Shown here: in pieces, positions 39,233-52,020 of the stretch | How positions within the stretch are numbered: position 1 is the first letter of the stretch | Layout: each line of letters opens with the position of its first letter | Origin: Azolla caroliniana | Taxonomy: Eukaryota; Plantae; Polypodiophyta | Assembly: GCA_043228905.1 (NCBI GenBank) | Contig: JBHGNT010000011.1 | Location: 6,448,001-6,512,000 of the forward strand | DNA: 64,000 nt | Reading direction: 5' to 3' | Notes under the pieces: model-generated | What the model saw: only the letters and a program-made list of their open reading frames with translations | Database searches by the model: none | Told to the model about the DNA's origin: nothing | Translations under genes and position numbers: made by a program

Positions 39233-42200
39233 AGACGGGCCGGTTTTCTCCGTCCCAACTCTCTTGGCGCATACCGGAGGATGCGCGGTTAGGTGGGGGC
39301 GGATGTCGTGAAGAAAACCGTCCATAAGCGGAATCGGCGCACCAAGGCGTGGGAACCGGTTCTTCACGCGCGCACGCTCCAAGTTGTACATAGAAGCGAA
39401 TTAGGAGGATAATCGGCAGGAACGGGCCCTAACACAAGTGGAGACAAAGACCGCGCGAACAGTCTTTTCGGTCGCGCGCGCGAGCTAAGGAACTGTACGA
39501 GTCGGCGGCGTAACTACGCGGATGCGTGAAGAACGGAGCGGATCCCTGTTCGAAAGGGACAGGGGATAAAGCTGACATGACGGCCTGCTCGTCGGCCTAT
39601 ATAAGGAGCAGGAAAGAGCTGTTGCAGGCATCTCACGCAGAGAGGACGAAGTGCTGTCGGACCGTTTCTGGACGCTTCTCTCTCTGTTTCCTTCCTTCTT
39701 GAGCTCCATAGCTTTCTGTGCAGGGTCCCGAGGAGGCTCGCGCTGTTTCGAGGAACGCCCGAGTGCTTCCGGCAGCACCTCCGACCTGCTACCCCTTTGT
39801 GCGTCGAAGCGAACAAGCATCGGCATCTGTTCGCCGGCCTGTTCGGTTGTAACCATCCTGTGCCCCATCGAGGGTTGTAGTCGTGTTAGCCATTTTTGTT
39901 AATATACATATTTAGTCTTTCGCATCTGTCTGTGTCGGTGTCTGTTCGCGTTATCCGTGCTGAAGGGCCGTGTCCCTGTGTATCCCCGGTCCTGCGTAGC
40001 CGGTTCTCTCTCTTTCTCCTCCCTCGCTTGCTCTTTGGTTCGAGACCCCCGCGGTCCCGCCTCGTTTCCACACGCACTTGCGTAATATCTCGACAACGCA
40101 CAGGAGAGACAGAGAGAGAGTAACACAAGAACTTAAATTCGAAAAATAATACTCAATCTGTACATAGGATGTGCTCAGTGAGCACTTTTATACAAGCCCT
40201 GACAGTGGGCTGACACAAGTACTGACAGTACTTGACTGCTCATAAATGAGCCTCGACACTTACTCCCAAAACTATTCCTTACGAGGAATATCTTTCTAAC
40301 GGCCTTTTGGTCTACGCACCAATACGACCTTTCTACGCACCGGTCTGCGTACCGGTTTTATGCACCCAATCTACGCACTGGTTACGCATCGTATTACGCA
40401 CAAAGGTTGAGCTTGTCTCTGAACAGTACTAAAAGTACCTCTCTAGTACATGTCTTAGCACTCCTAGATTCTGGAGCTAATTCTTGCTTCATGGATAGGA
40501 ATTTTGCCCAAGCTCATCAGATATCCCTAAGAAAACTCCCGTGTCCAGCCTCTGTAGTAGTCATTGATGGTCGTCCATTGCTTCCGGAAATATCCTAGAA
40601 GAGTCAGATCCCGTTAATATTGACCTAGATAATATAGAGTGTGTAGTATCATTTAATATAATTAGTATCCTAGAACATCCCAATGTTTTGGGATTACCAT
40701 GGTTCGAATTACATAACCCAGACATAGATTGGAGAACAAGAAAAATCTGGTATCGACAAACCCGACGATCAGTAAAACCCTCCAACACCACTAAAGAGGA
40801 GTCCACTGTTCAACTTCTAGAGATGTATCTTCATTATGCCGATGTGTTCAATAAAGTACAAGCCAATACGCTTCCTTACCATCGACCATATGATTGCCCC
40901 ATCGATTTACAACTAGGAAAAGAGACACCATAGGGACCGATCTACAATTTGTCAGCAACCGAGCTAGAAGTCCTTCGAGCCTTTATAGAGGAGAATTTGG
41001 CAAATGGTTTCATTCAACATTCGAAATCTCCACCCGGCGCAACCCATTTTCTTTGTCAAGAAAAAGGATGGATCACTTCGTCTCATCGTAGATTACCGTG
41101 GCTTGAATAAGGTCACCATCAGGAATAGGTATGCACTTCCTGTTATCTCAAGTATTTTAGAATGGATCAATGGTGCAAGGTTCTTCACAAAGATCGACTT
41201 ATGAGGACCATATAACCTCGTACGGATCTGACCAGGAGATGAATGGAAGACTGCGTTTCGCACCAGATATGGGCACTTCGAGTATACGGTCATGCCATTC
41301 AGCTTCACTAATGCGCTAACAGTCTTCAAGCACATGGCAAATGATATATTCTGAGATCTCTTGGATGTTTGTTTGATCATCTATTTGGATGATCTACTGG
41401 TTTATTCGAAGACCCAAGAAGAGCATGATTCTCATGTACTGTTAGTACTAAAACGACTTTGAGAACATGGTCTTTATGCAAAGTTGGAAAAATGTAATTT
41501 CGGGTGCAACTAGGTAGAATTTCTGGGCTATGTCATTTCCTCGGAAGGCATCTCCATGGATCTAGCTAAGGTCAAAACTTGCTTTTTAGGCTTTGCCAAT
41601 TTCTACCGCAAGTTTATACAGGATTACTCAAAGCTTTTTCTGCCTCTCACATAGCTTACCAGGAAGGGACAATCGTTTATTTGGTCTGAAGAAGCAGACA
41701 TGGCTTTTGAGATTCTTAAGAAGGCATTTACATCAGCTCCTATTCTAGCTCATGTTGATCCGGAAAAACCATTCATCATTGAAGCAAGACGCGTTGGATT
41801 TCACCGTGGGTAGCATTCTGTCACAACAAGGCGATAATGAAAAGCTACATCATTTGGCTTTCCACGCACGCAAGTTTGATGCCGCCGAAATCAACTATGA
41901 AATTCATGATAACGAGCTATTAGCAATAGTTGACTATTTTACGCAATGGAGGCATTTTCTAGAGGGATCTTCTCATCAAGTCACCGTATTCAGTGATCAC
42001 AAAAACCTTGCTTGCTTTTAGAATGCTCGTGTTAAATCGACGTCAAGCTTGGTGGGCCCAACTCCTCACTCGTTTCGACTTCAAAATTACATATTATCTG
42101 AGGAAGCAACAAGGGAAGGAAGATGCATTATCAAGGTACTCGTATCTAGCACTGCGTCCTGGCGAACCAACTTTCGATAACCAAAAGCAAGTAATCTTGG

Positions 42201-43959
42201 GACCGACACGATTGTAAGCAACATAGGTCTTCAATATGACCTTTGATTCTCACATTATAGATACCATACGTGAGGACTTGAAGACAAATGCATTCGCCCA
42301 AGCTATTCTAGCACAAATTGATCCCTCTCGAGCATCTTGTTCACAGTCGCAACAACCAGGTACGGACTATTGACAATTCGAATGTCATGATGGATTACTA
42401 TTCTTTCAGAAAATTTTGTATGTTCCTAATGGTTCTTGTCACCTTCGAGTAGTCCAAAATTGTCATGACACATATACAGCTGGGTATTTTGGTAGTATTA
42501 AAACATTAGATTTAGTACAACGATCATTCTGGTGCCCCATATGCGACAATTTGTCGAAGATTTTGTTGGGACTTGTGATACATGTTGCAGAGTAAAAATG
42601 CCAAGGCATCATCCATATGGTTTATTAGAACCATTGCCCATTCCAAGCAAGCCATGACAATCCATTGCTCTAGATTTCATCACAGATCTTCCGGTCACAA
42701 ATGGATTCGATGCGATCTTAACAATAGTAGATCGATATACGAAGATGGTCCATTTCCTGCCATGTACTAAGGAAATCTCCATTGAAGAAATTGTCGAAAC
42801 TGTCATGCGTGAAGTATGTTGGCATCATGGCCTTCGTGATAGTATCATCAGTGATCGTGGACCCCAGTTCGTCTCGAAATTCTAGAACTTTTAAAATGCT
42901 CAAGGTCACTTGTAATCTCTCCTCTGGCTACCACTCACAAACAGACAATTGGTGCTTTCTAAGCTATCATCAAGATGATTGGGTAGATATTCTCCAGTTT
43001 GCCGAATTTGCGTATAATAACTCTGCCCACTCTTCGACAAAGGTTACACCGTTTTATACTTATACAGGTTGTCACCCTTAGTGGTGTGTGTTTGAAACCC
43101 CAGAGTTACCTACAAATCCTTGCGCAGAAGATCGTTTAGAGCGGTTACGCAAGATACAAGCGGATTTATCTACTCATCTACAACTAGCCCATTGACAAAC
43201 ACACAAGGTTTACGCGGATCGTCATGGGCTTCCATCCAGTTCTAACATTGGAGATCGGGTATGGCTACTACCAGGACACATCAAGACTACTTGCGGCGAT
43301 TATCGGCCATTAGGTCCTTTTCGTATTATTGGAAAAATTAATGATGTTGCTTTTCGTCTCAATCTACCTCCACAACTTCGGATACATCCGGTGTTTCATA
43401 GCTCTCTCCTCGAACCCTATCAAGACAGCACCATCCCAGGTCGTATTAAACAACCTCCACCCCTGATCGAACTTGAAGATGGACCTGAGTACGAGGTTGC
43501 CGCCATCCTCAATTCCAAGATTGTTCGCAACAAGCTCGACTATTTAGTTGATTTGCTAGGATATAGTCCCAATAAGCGTACTTGGGAACCAATAGAGAAT
43601 GTGACCAATGCTCGTCAATATCCAGACAAATTGGGTCCTCAATCCAAAACGACTAATCACACTCGTGATCATTTTAAAGGAGGGATAGTGTCATGATGTG
43701 GCAAGACTTGAACCCATGACCTTATGTTTCATGGGTCAAGCTCTTCACCATTAAACTATATATTATAATACAAAGTATATTATTTTCATTTATTATTTCA
43801 CTATAGAAAATTGATGTATATTTCCAGATTTCTTTGGAACATTCTAGAAACTTTAGGAGTACTCCTAACAACACTATAAAAGGAGGCATAAGGCATTATT
43901 TCGAACCAAATCGTTTTAACGCAAGTCTTAAGCCTCCTAGCCATCGTTGTCATCATCAT

Positions 43960-44003
<44 letters not shown>

Positions 44004-44095
44004 TCTCTCGAGTGTTCTACACCCTCTTTTCCTCTTAGTAATAATATTCATCTCTTAGTACTAATATCCTCTCTGTCTCAGTACTATTCCTGACA

Positions 44096-45307
44096 GCTAC
44101 GAGTTGGGACTTTACGCGGCCGATTTCATCTAGATCGGCGCCGACAATGACTAAATCATCAACATAAAGTAAAATACTAACCGGTCTCGGTCGACCGTGC
44201 CAGACAAACAATGAAAAGTTTGATTTGGACGTCACTAACCCTATCCGACGTAGGCACTGCGTGATCTTCGTGTTCCACGTGTGTAGGGCTTGTTTTAGTC
44301 CGTAGAGGGACATCTTCAGTCGGCATACCGCCAAAGTGTTCTTTCCGGACTGAAATCTGGGAGGTTGTACCATGTACACCTGTTCCTCAAGTTCTCCTTG
44401 CAGGAACACATTCTTTACATCCATCTGATGTAAATGTCACCCCTTTACTACGGCTACCGCAAGCAAGACACCAACGATTGGCATCTTCGCGACCATCGCA
44501 AAGGTCTCATTATAGTCGATGTAGTGTTGATGTGCATATCCCTTCGCCACTAACCGAGCCTTGTAGAGGTTGACAGAGCTGTCGGTGTTGTACTTGACCT
44601 TTTACACCCACCTGCATCCAATCGGCTTTACACCCTTCGGGGCGTCAACCAGGTCCTAGGTTTCATTTTCCGCTAATGCGTGCATCTCTTCCTCCATTGC
44701 GGCACGCCAATTTGCGTCCTTCGCCACTTCTATGGAGCTCTCCGCCTCACACACTTCCGCCACTCACGTCATGTACGTATAATGATGTGCCATGTACTCG
44801 TTGTATCCGAACTGCACTACGGGGTTCTTCTGGCGGGTAGATCGGCGTAATTGCTCATTAGCCGATTTTGAGGTCCTCTTGGCTGACGCGGACTTTGTTT
44901 CCAAAGCTTCATCTTCGTTCTTCTCAGAGTCTTATTCGCTTCGATCCAACTCGTCTTTATTAGTGCCATACTCCGGCATCTTCTTCTTTCCCTTCTCTTT
45001 GCGCGTAAACCGTGTCCTCGGCTTCCTGCACGGGGAATGCATGACCGAGTCTCCACTACTCACCGTCTCTGCGTTTGACTGGTCATGCTGACTTAGTCAT
45101 TCATTAGGCCTACTTAGCCTAAATGAGATCAGACTCTCTTCAAGAGCTCCGATGTCTCCTTTGTCCCGAGGCATTTCAGCCTCGTTGACCTCTTCGTCAG
45201 AGATCGGAATGGAGCCGTCAAGGGTTGGAGGCGAAGGTAAGTACCACGATGCAGACTTGTCGAACACAACATCACGACTTATGCGAGATTTTTTGGTTCG
45301 GGAGTTA
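44096..45307 (-). pseudogene. Continuation of Copia2 (RT N-part and INT C-part)
   Basis: MDVKNVFLQGEL...LLYVDDL; colinear with element B 29240-30437. Confidence 0.85.
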
Positions 45308-46558
45308 TGTCAAAGTAAACGTGCGGAAGCGTTTAACAAAGCGGCTCAGCCGGATAGCAACAGAAAATGAGAGAAGGTTTAATGGAGAACTTAACACAGA
45401 GAATACGTGTGGGAGAGACAGAGAGAGCAGAACATAAACTCAATTCAAAATAACATTTTGAAAACTCTGTACATACAACATGCTAAACAACACTATTTAT
45501 ACAAGTCCTCAAAAGGACTTACAAAAGTACTATGTACTTCAATGCTCATACGAGCGATTGACACCAACTACGAGACAATGAATACCTAGTAGTCTAGGCT
45601 ACAACTAAGCTTCTAGTTTGCACTCGAATCTGTCTCCCCGATCTGGTCGGTTGTTTCCGGATACCATCCAGATACCGATCCGGCTCTAGCTTATTGAGTC
45701 GTTCCGGATCCGGTTGAGCTTGCTCGCTCAACACTCCCCCTCAAGCTCAACTTGAGGTCAGATCGTGGTGTTAGTGTTTGTGGCAGCCGGTCCTTCCACC
45801 CAACTCCTTTTGGCGTCATTCCGCCTTGCTCGTGCTCCTCGTCCGGTTTGGTCTCATTTGTCGTGACCCTTCTGGTTCTGGGCACCTCGATCTCCTTGGT
45901 TGGCTTGTCTACTCAACAGGCCCATTTCAGCTCCCTTGCTGCTATAACTCCGGCGGTTGTCAACCCGTCGGCTCCTTTGTGTTGGTGTTGACTTCCAATG
46001 CGTTTGTGTTTGGTTGGCCCTACGAAGATCCGGCTCTTCCGAATTCATCTATTGAACTGAATCGGTTGTCTCTGATTCATTCCGGCTCTTGTCCGAATAG
46101 GTCACTTCCGATTTGTTCTGGTTCTTGTTTGAGTTGGTGTTCTCCAACTCGTCTCCGGTTTTCAGGCTCTTCACCACATTAGACCACGACCGGGTCTTGG
46201 CCTTCTTCCGATCGGCTCTATCCTTTTTGACTTTGCTGCCACTGCCACTTGTTCCGACTTGTTTGGATGTGCCGACTCCTTCGGGGGAGTTGGCTTCCTT
46301 TTTCTGCTCATCTCCCCCCTTGGTTCTTTCTTCCTCTCAGGCTCCTTGTCCGGTGCCATCACTAGTGCCTTTGCCCATTCTTGTTCTCCCCCTCAAGGGC
46401 GGCACGTCGAGATGCTATACACCAAGCATTTCGGTGAAGTGCTGCAACTTGTTGGATCCGAGCGGTTTGGTGAAGATGTCAGCAACTTGTCGATCCGTCT
46501 GAATATACCAAAGTTCGACTTCACCGCTCAAAACCCGCTCACACACAAAATGATAGTG
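45308..46558 (-). mobile_element. Copia3: 3' LTR 45308-45733, PPT 45734-45741, post-RH region and RH end; interrupted at ~46559
   Basis: TGTCAAAGTAAACGTGCGGAAGC...CAACA followed by ctccccct; minus strand HYHF..ERVLSGEVEL..QVADIFTK. Confidence 0.82.
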
Positions 46559-46854
46559 GGGTGAAAGCATGCGAGTGGAAACAATTAGCTATGTCAAGGA
46601 CATAGCTAATTAGCTATGCAAAAAGCTACCATTCATAAATAGTCATTTTTGCAAAAAGCTACCATTGACAATAGTAGAGAGTTTTAATTATATAAATGAG
46701 CACCATAAATGTGCAACATAAATTGATATGTGCACCATAAATTATATACCGAATTCCTAGGTCCATTATGCATGATCCGTTGCCACGTCACGTGGGCAAT
46801 CTTTGGTTGAGTATTCTGGCTTAGATTACTACCATTGTTGCTAAACCCTATTGA

Positions 46855-49800
46855 GTTCACTCCTCCGTTGCCACTATTCTACACTTAGTTACTGGCACTG
46901 TGTGGTCCAAGTATCATCTGCCACTGTTCAATCCGACAATGTTCACTCCTCCATTGTCGTCATTCTACACTCAGTTGCCGCTATTGTGAAGGTCGTATAT
47001 CGCTGCCACTTTTCGATCTGACGGAGTTAACTCCTTCTCCACTACCGCCATTCTACTCTCAGTTGTCATCACTGTGCATTCCAAGCATCATCTGCCACTG
47101 TTTGATCTGACGGAGTTCACTCCTCCATTCCCATCATTCTACACTCAGTTGTTGCTACTATTCGGTGACCGGTCCTAGATTGTTGCCACTTTTCGATTTG
47201 ACGGAGTTCACTCATCCATTGCCATCATTCTACACTTGGTTGCCGCTACTGTTCGATTTGAGGGAGTTCACTCCTTCTCCACTGCCACAATTGTACTCTC
47301 AGTTGTCGTCACTGTGCGTTCCAAGCATCATCTGTCATGATATGGCAAGACTCGAACCCATGATCTTATGCTACATGGGTCGAGCTCTTACCATTAGACT
47401 ATGAATTGTAATACGTAGGATATTATTTTCATTTATGTTTTATCATAGAAAATTGATGTATATTCCAGATCTCTGTGGAACATTCTAGAAGCTTCAGGAT
47501 TATTCCTGAGAACACTATAAAAGAGGGCACTAGGCATTATGTTGAACCAAATTGGTTCAACGCCAGTCTTAAGCCTTTTAGCCATTTTGTACTTATCCTT
47601 CACATAATATATTGGTTGTCATCATCATCTCTCTCTCTCTCTCTCATCCTCGCTATCTCTCCTTTCGCTTCTCGCTTTCTCTCTCTCTCTCGGGAGTCTT
47701 ACGCAGTCCCGTCCTCTTAGTACTAATAGTATTGCTCTTCTTTAGTACTAATTCCATCTCTGCTTAGTACTATTCCTGACAGTTTGAACCAATTTTTTTT
47801 TCTCCAACCTACTTGTCATTCTCCCTCATCCTCCTACCCTTTTCCCTATACTATGGCTACTGTTAGCGCCCAAGAATATCAATCCGTTTTCTCTGAGCTA
47901 CAGTGCTTAAAAGAAAAATTTGTTGCCTTGGAACAAGAAAACCAACGACTGATAGGGGATCTGCAACAAATCGCTCTAGAAAAACAACAAACACAGCAAC
48001 AACATGGGGAGTTAGCGTTACGGGTGCAACAACTCGAAGCGGCATTGCAACAACAAGGATCAAGTCCCCAAGGATTTCATAAAGAGCCGAAGATTGGACT
48101 TCCTGTGAAATTTGATGGAACACGATCGCAATTCAGGGGATTCCTTAATCAGGTACGATTAGTCCTCCAAATGCATCCTTCCCGTTATCCCAATGATGCA
48201 TCCCGAGTCGGCTTAATAGGCACATTGCTTAGTGGCTCAGCCTTAGCATGGTTCGCTCCGCTTCTAGAAAAACAATCGCCCTTGCTTAATAACTTTGAAG
48301 ATTTTATTAGTGAGTTTAAAGCCTGCTTTGGAGACACCGACAACATCAGGACGACGATCAACAAGATCCGGCGATTGCGTCAAGGCGATCGTCCAGCCTC
48401 TGCCTACGCGGCGGATTTCGGCCTAGTTGCTTCAGATATACCCTGGGATGATCAAGCACTAATGGAGCAGTTTCGCTATGGCTTGCGAAACGATGTCAAA
48501 GATCTACTTCTAACTTTCCCCGAAGAACCAAAGTCTCTTACGGAGGCAATCAGTCGGGCGGTCCGATGTGACAACCGCCTTTTCGAACGACGTTCAGAAC
48601 GTCAATTACAGATACCACGGTCTAGGCTGGAGCCCACTTACGCCGCAGTCGCGGCTAAACCGTTTGCACGAGACATACCTCAAGCAAATACTTCAACACC
48701 GATGGAGATCGATACCATGTGTCGACGCGGCCCGTTATCGGAAGAAGAAAAGCAATGACGACGTGCCAATCGATTATGTCTTTATTGCGGTGGACCAGGA
48801 CATATCGCCATCAATTGTCCCCATAGGCCAAGAAGACAAGTAAATAAAATCGTCACCTGTACTAAACCCGAGTCAATTCTTCCCTTTGGAGTGTCTGATA
48901 GTATTAATAGTACTAATAGCTTTGACTGCAAGCAAGTGGAATTTCTAGGCTACGTCATCTCCTCAAAAGGCATCGCCATGGATCCAGCTAAAATCCAAAT
49001 TGTACCAGAGTGGCAAATTCCACGGTCGGTACGAGATGTACAATGTTTTCTAGGTTTTGCTAACTTCTACCGTAAGTTTATATAGGATTACTCGAAGATT
49101 ATTTTACCTCTCACACAACTTACGAAGAAGGGCCACGCATTTCTTTGGTCCATCGAAGCAGATATGGCTTTTCAGCATCTTAAGAAAGCCTTTACATCGG
49201 CACCGATTCTAGCTCATGTGGATACAAGCAAACCATTCATCATGGAGGCCGACGCATCAGATTTCGCCCTCGGTAGCATCCTTTCTCAACAAGGAGATAA
49301 AGAAGAATTGCATCCGGTGGCTTTCCATTCGCGCAAATTTGATGTTGCAGAAATCAACTACGAAATACATGAGTTATTAGCCATCGTGGATTCATTTGTG
49401 CAATGGCGGCATTTCTTAAAGGGCTCTCCACATCAGGTCATTGTCTTTAGCGATCATAAAAATCTTGCTTATTTTCAAAACGCTCGCGTACTAAATCGAC
49501 GGCAAGCTCGGTGGGCGCAATTCCTCACGTGTTTCGACTTCAAAATCACATATCGACCGGGGAAGCAGCAAGGAAAAGTAGATGCACTATCACGGCGGTC
49601 ATACCTTGCACCTCGTCTTGGTGATGCAACATTTGATAATCAAAAGCAAGTAATCTTGGGACCAACACGATTGCACACGACGGGGATTTTTCACACCCCG
49701 ATGGATTCACGGATTACCGATGACATACGTGCAACCTTGAAGACGGATAGTTTTGCTCAAGACATCCTGACGCACATTGATACTTCTCGGGCATCCTGTT

Positions 49801-52020
49801 CTCAATCTCAACAACCAGGTATTGACTACCGACAATTCGAATATCATGAGGGTTTGTTATTCTTTAAAAAGCGCGTATATGTCCCCGATTGCTCATGTCG
49901 CCTTCAAATCGTCCAACATTGTCACGACACCCATACGGCGGGACATTTCGGTAGTACTAAGACGTTGGAGCTAGTGCAACGATCTTTTTGGTGGCCCCAC
50001 ATGCGTCGTTTTGTCGACGACTACGTTTAGACCTGTGATGCTTGCTGCCGAGCAAAGATCCACGACACCATCCATATGGCTTGTTGGAACCCTTACCGAT
50101 TCCAAGTAAGCCGTGGCACTCTATTTGTCTTAATTTTATCACAGATCTGCCGGTCTCGAAGGGGTTCGATGCTATCCTAACCGTCATCGATCGATATACG
50201 AAGATGGCACATTTTGTGCCATGTACTAAAGCCATCACTAGTGAGGAAACCGCCGCCCTTGTTATGCGTGAGGTATTTCGGCATCATGGCCTCCCAGATA
50301 ATATCATCAGTGACCGAGGACCGCATTTTGTCTCCAATTTTTGGCAGCATCTCTTCAAGATGCTCAAGGTCTCCTACAACCTCTCCTCCGGCTACCATCC
50401 TTAGACCAACGGGCAGGCGGAACGAACAAACCAAACACTGGAGCAATATCTCCGGTGTTTCCGGAGTTATCAAGAGGACGATTGGGCCGAGATTCTCCAC
50501 TTTGCGGAGTTACCTACCAATCCTCGTGCCGGGGATCATTTGGAGAGACTACGCAAGATCCAGACAGATCTCTCGACTCATCTTCGTCATGCTCAACAGA
50601 CGCAGAAGACTTACGCGGATCGTCATTGGCTTCCCTCCTCTTTTGCCATCGGAGATCGAGTATGGCTCTTACCTCGTCACATCAAGACTACTGGACCGTG
50701 CGACAAGTTGGATTATCAACGACTCGGTCCTTTCCGTATTACGGGTAAGGTTAATGATGTCACATTCCACCTTGATCTCCCTCCGCAGCTTCAGATACAT
50801 CCGGTTTTCCATTGTTCTCTTCTTGAACCTTATAAAGCAAACACCATTCCCGATCGTGTTACACCACCGCCGCCCCCGCTGGAGTTTGACGCCGGCCCAG
50901 AGTATGAAGTTGCTGCCATCCTCGATTCCAAAATTGTTCGCAACAAACTTTATTATTTGGTCGATTGGCTCGGTTATAGTCCAAGCGAACGTACTTGGGA
51001 ACCCGTCGAGCATGTTGCCAATGCTCAGGATCTTCTTGCTGATTTCCAACGAAAGTATCCGGACAAACCCGGTCCGCAATCAACGCCGACTCATTCCACT
51101 CGTCGTCTTTAAGGGGGAGATAGTGTCATGATATGGCAAGACTCGAACCCATGATCTTATGCTACATGGGTCGAGCTCTTACCATTAGACTATAAATTGT
51201 AATACGTAGGATATTATTTTCATTTATGTTTTATCATAGAAAATTGATGTATATTCCAGATCTCTGTGGAACATTCTAGAAGCTTCAGGATTATTCCTGA
51301 GAACACTATAAAAGAGGGCACTAGGCATTATGTTGAACCAAATTGGTTCAACGCCAGTCTTAAGCCTTTTAGCCATTTTGTACTTATCCTTCACATAATA
51401 TATTGGTTGTCATCATCATCTCTCTCTCTCTCTCTCATCCTCGCTATCTCTCCTTTCGCTTCTCTCTTTCTCTCTCTCTCTCGGAAGTCTTACGCAGTCC
51501 CGTCCTCTTAGTACTAATAGTACTGCTCTTCTTTAGTACTAATTCCATCTCTGCTTAGTACTATTCCTGACATCATCTGCCACTGTTCGATCTGACGGAG
51601 TTCACTCCTCCATTGCCATCATTCTACACTTAGTTGCCGCTACTGTTCGGTCCTAGATTGCCGCCACTTTTCAATTTGACGGAGTTCACTCATCCATTGC
51701 CATCATTCTACATTTAGTTGCCACTACTGCTCAGTCGTGTATTGCTACCAGTTTTCGATCCGAAGTAGTTCACTCCTCCACAACTACCATTCTACTCTCA
51801 GTTGTCGTCACTATGCATTCCAAGCATCATCTGCCACAGTTCGATCCGAGGGAATTCATTCCTCCATTGCCATCATTCTACACTCAGTTGCTACCATTGT
51901 TCGGTCCTGGATTATCAAAACTGTTCGATCAAACGGAGTTCACTCCTCCACTACCGCCATTCTACACTCAATTTCCGCCACTATTCGGCCTTGGATTACT
52001 GCCACTGTTTGGTCTTGGAT
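46855..52020 (+). repeat. Degenerate ~60-90 bp tandem array (core GTTCACTCCTCCATTGCCATCATTCTACACTCAGTTG), ~11 copies, split by E
   Basis: Cores near 46855, 46941, 47026, 47116, 47205, 47266, 51600, 51684, 51768, 51854, 51938. Confidence 0.85.
47333..51572 (+). mobile_element. Element E: internally deleted Tcn1-like chromovirus, LTRs 47333-47781 and 51124-51572 (449 bp), TSD TCATC
   Basis: TCATC at 47328-47332 and 51573-51577; PPT AAGGGGGAGA 51111-51120; gag from ATG 47853; RH, INT and chromodomain present; PR and most of RT absent. Confidence 0.94.

Larger units (their letters stand above)
32791..40095 (+). mobile_element. Element D: intact non-chromovirus Gypsy, LTRs 32791-33582 and 39304-40095 (792 bp each), 4-bp TSD ACGC
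   Basis: Host LTR cacagtACGCacagg (cf. 22001-22015) is split with ACGC duplicated; ~4 LTR mismatches seen; purine-rich tract 39291-39303. Confidence 0.95.
21923..40425 (-). mobile_element. Element B: Copia with disrupted gag-pol (LTRs 21923-22315 and 32703-32790 + 40100-40425), TSD GTACT
   Basis: GTACT at 21918-21922 and 40426-40430; tRNA-iMet PBS (revcomp GCTCTGATACCA 32691-32702); PPT 22316-22323; gag 32620-31834, INT 31456-29687, RT YVDD; LTRs differ by a 21-bp indel. Confidence 0.93.
20192..44095 (+). mobile_element. Element A: decayed Tcn1-like chromovirus (LTRs 20192-20603 and 43689-44095; gag 20698-21800; PR-RT-RH-INT-chromodomain 40426-43690), split by element B
   Basis: TGTCA...TGACA LTRs; LLDSGANS protease, YLDD RT, chromodomain EYEVAAILNSK; degenerate TSD GCCGT/GCTAC. 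Confidence 0.88.

Noticed and set aside
47343-47401. Bona fide tRNA gene
   Set aside because: No acceptor stem or proper cloverleaf; kept only as a box A/B-like module
46855-52020. Repeat-spacer-like array
   Set aside because: Inter-core segments are themselves homologous to each other; a degenerate tandem array with no cas genes
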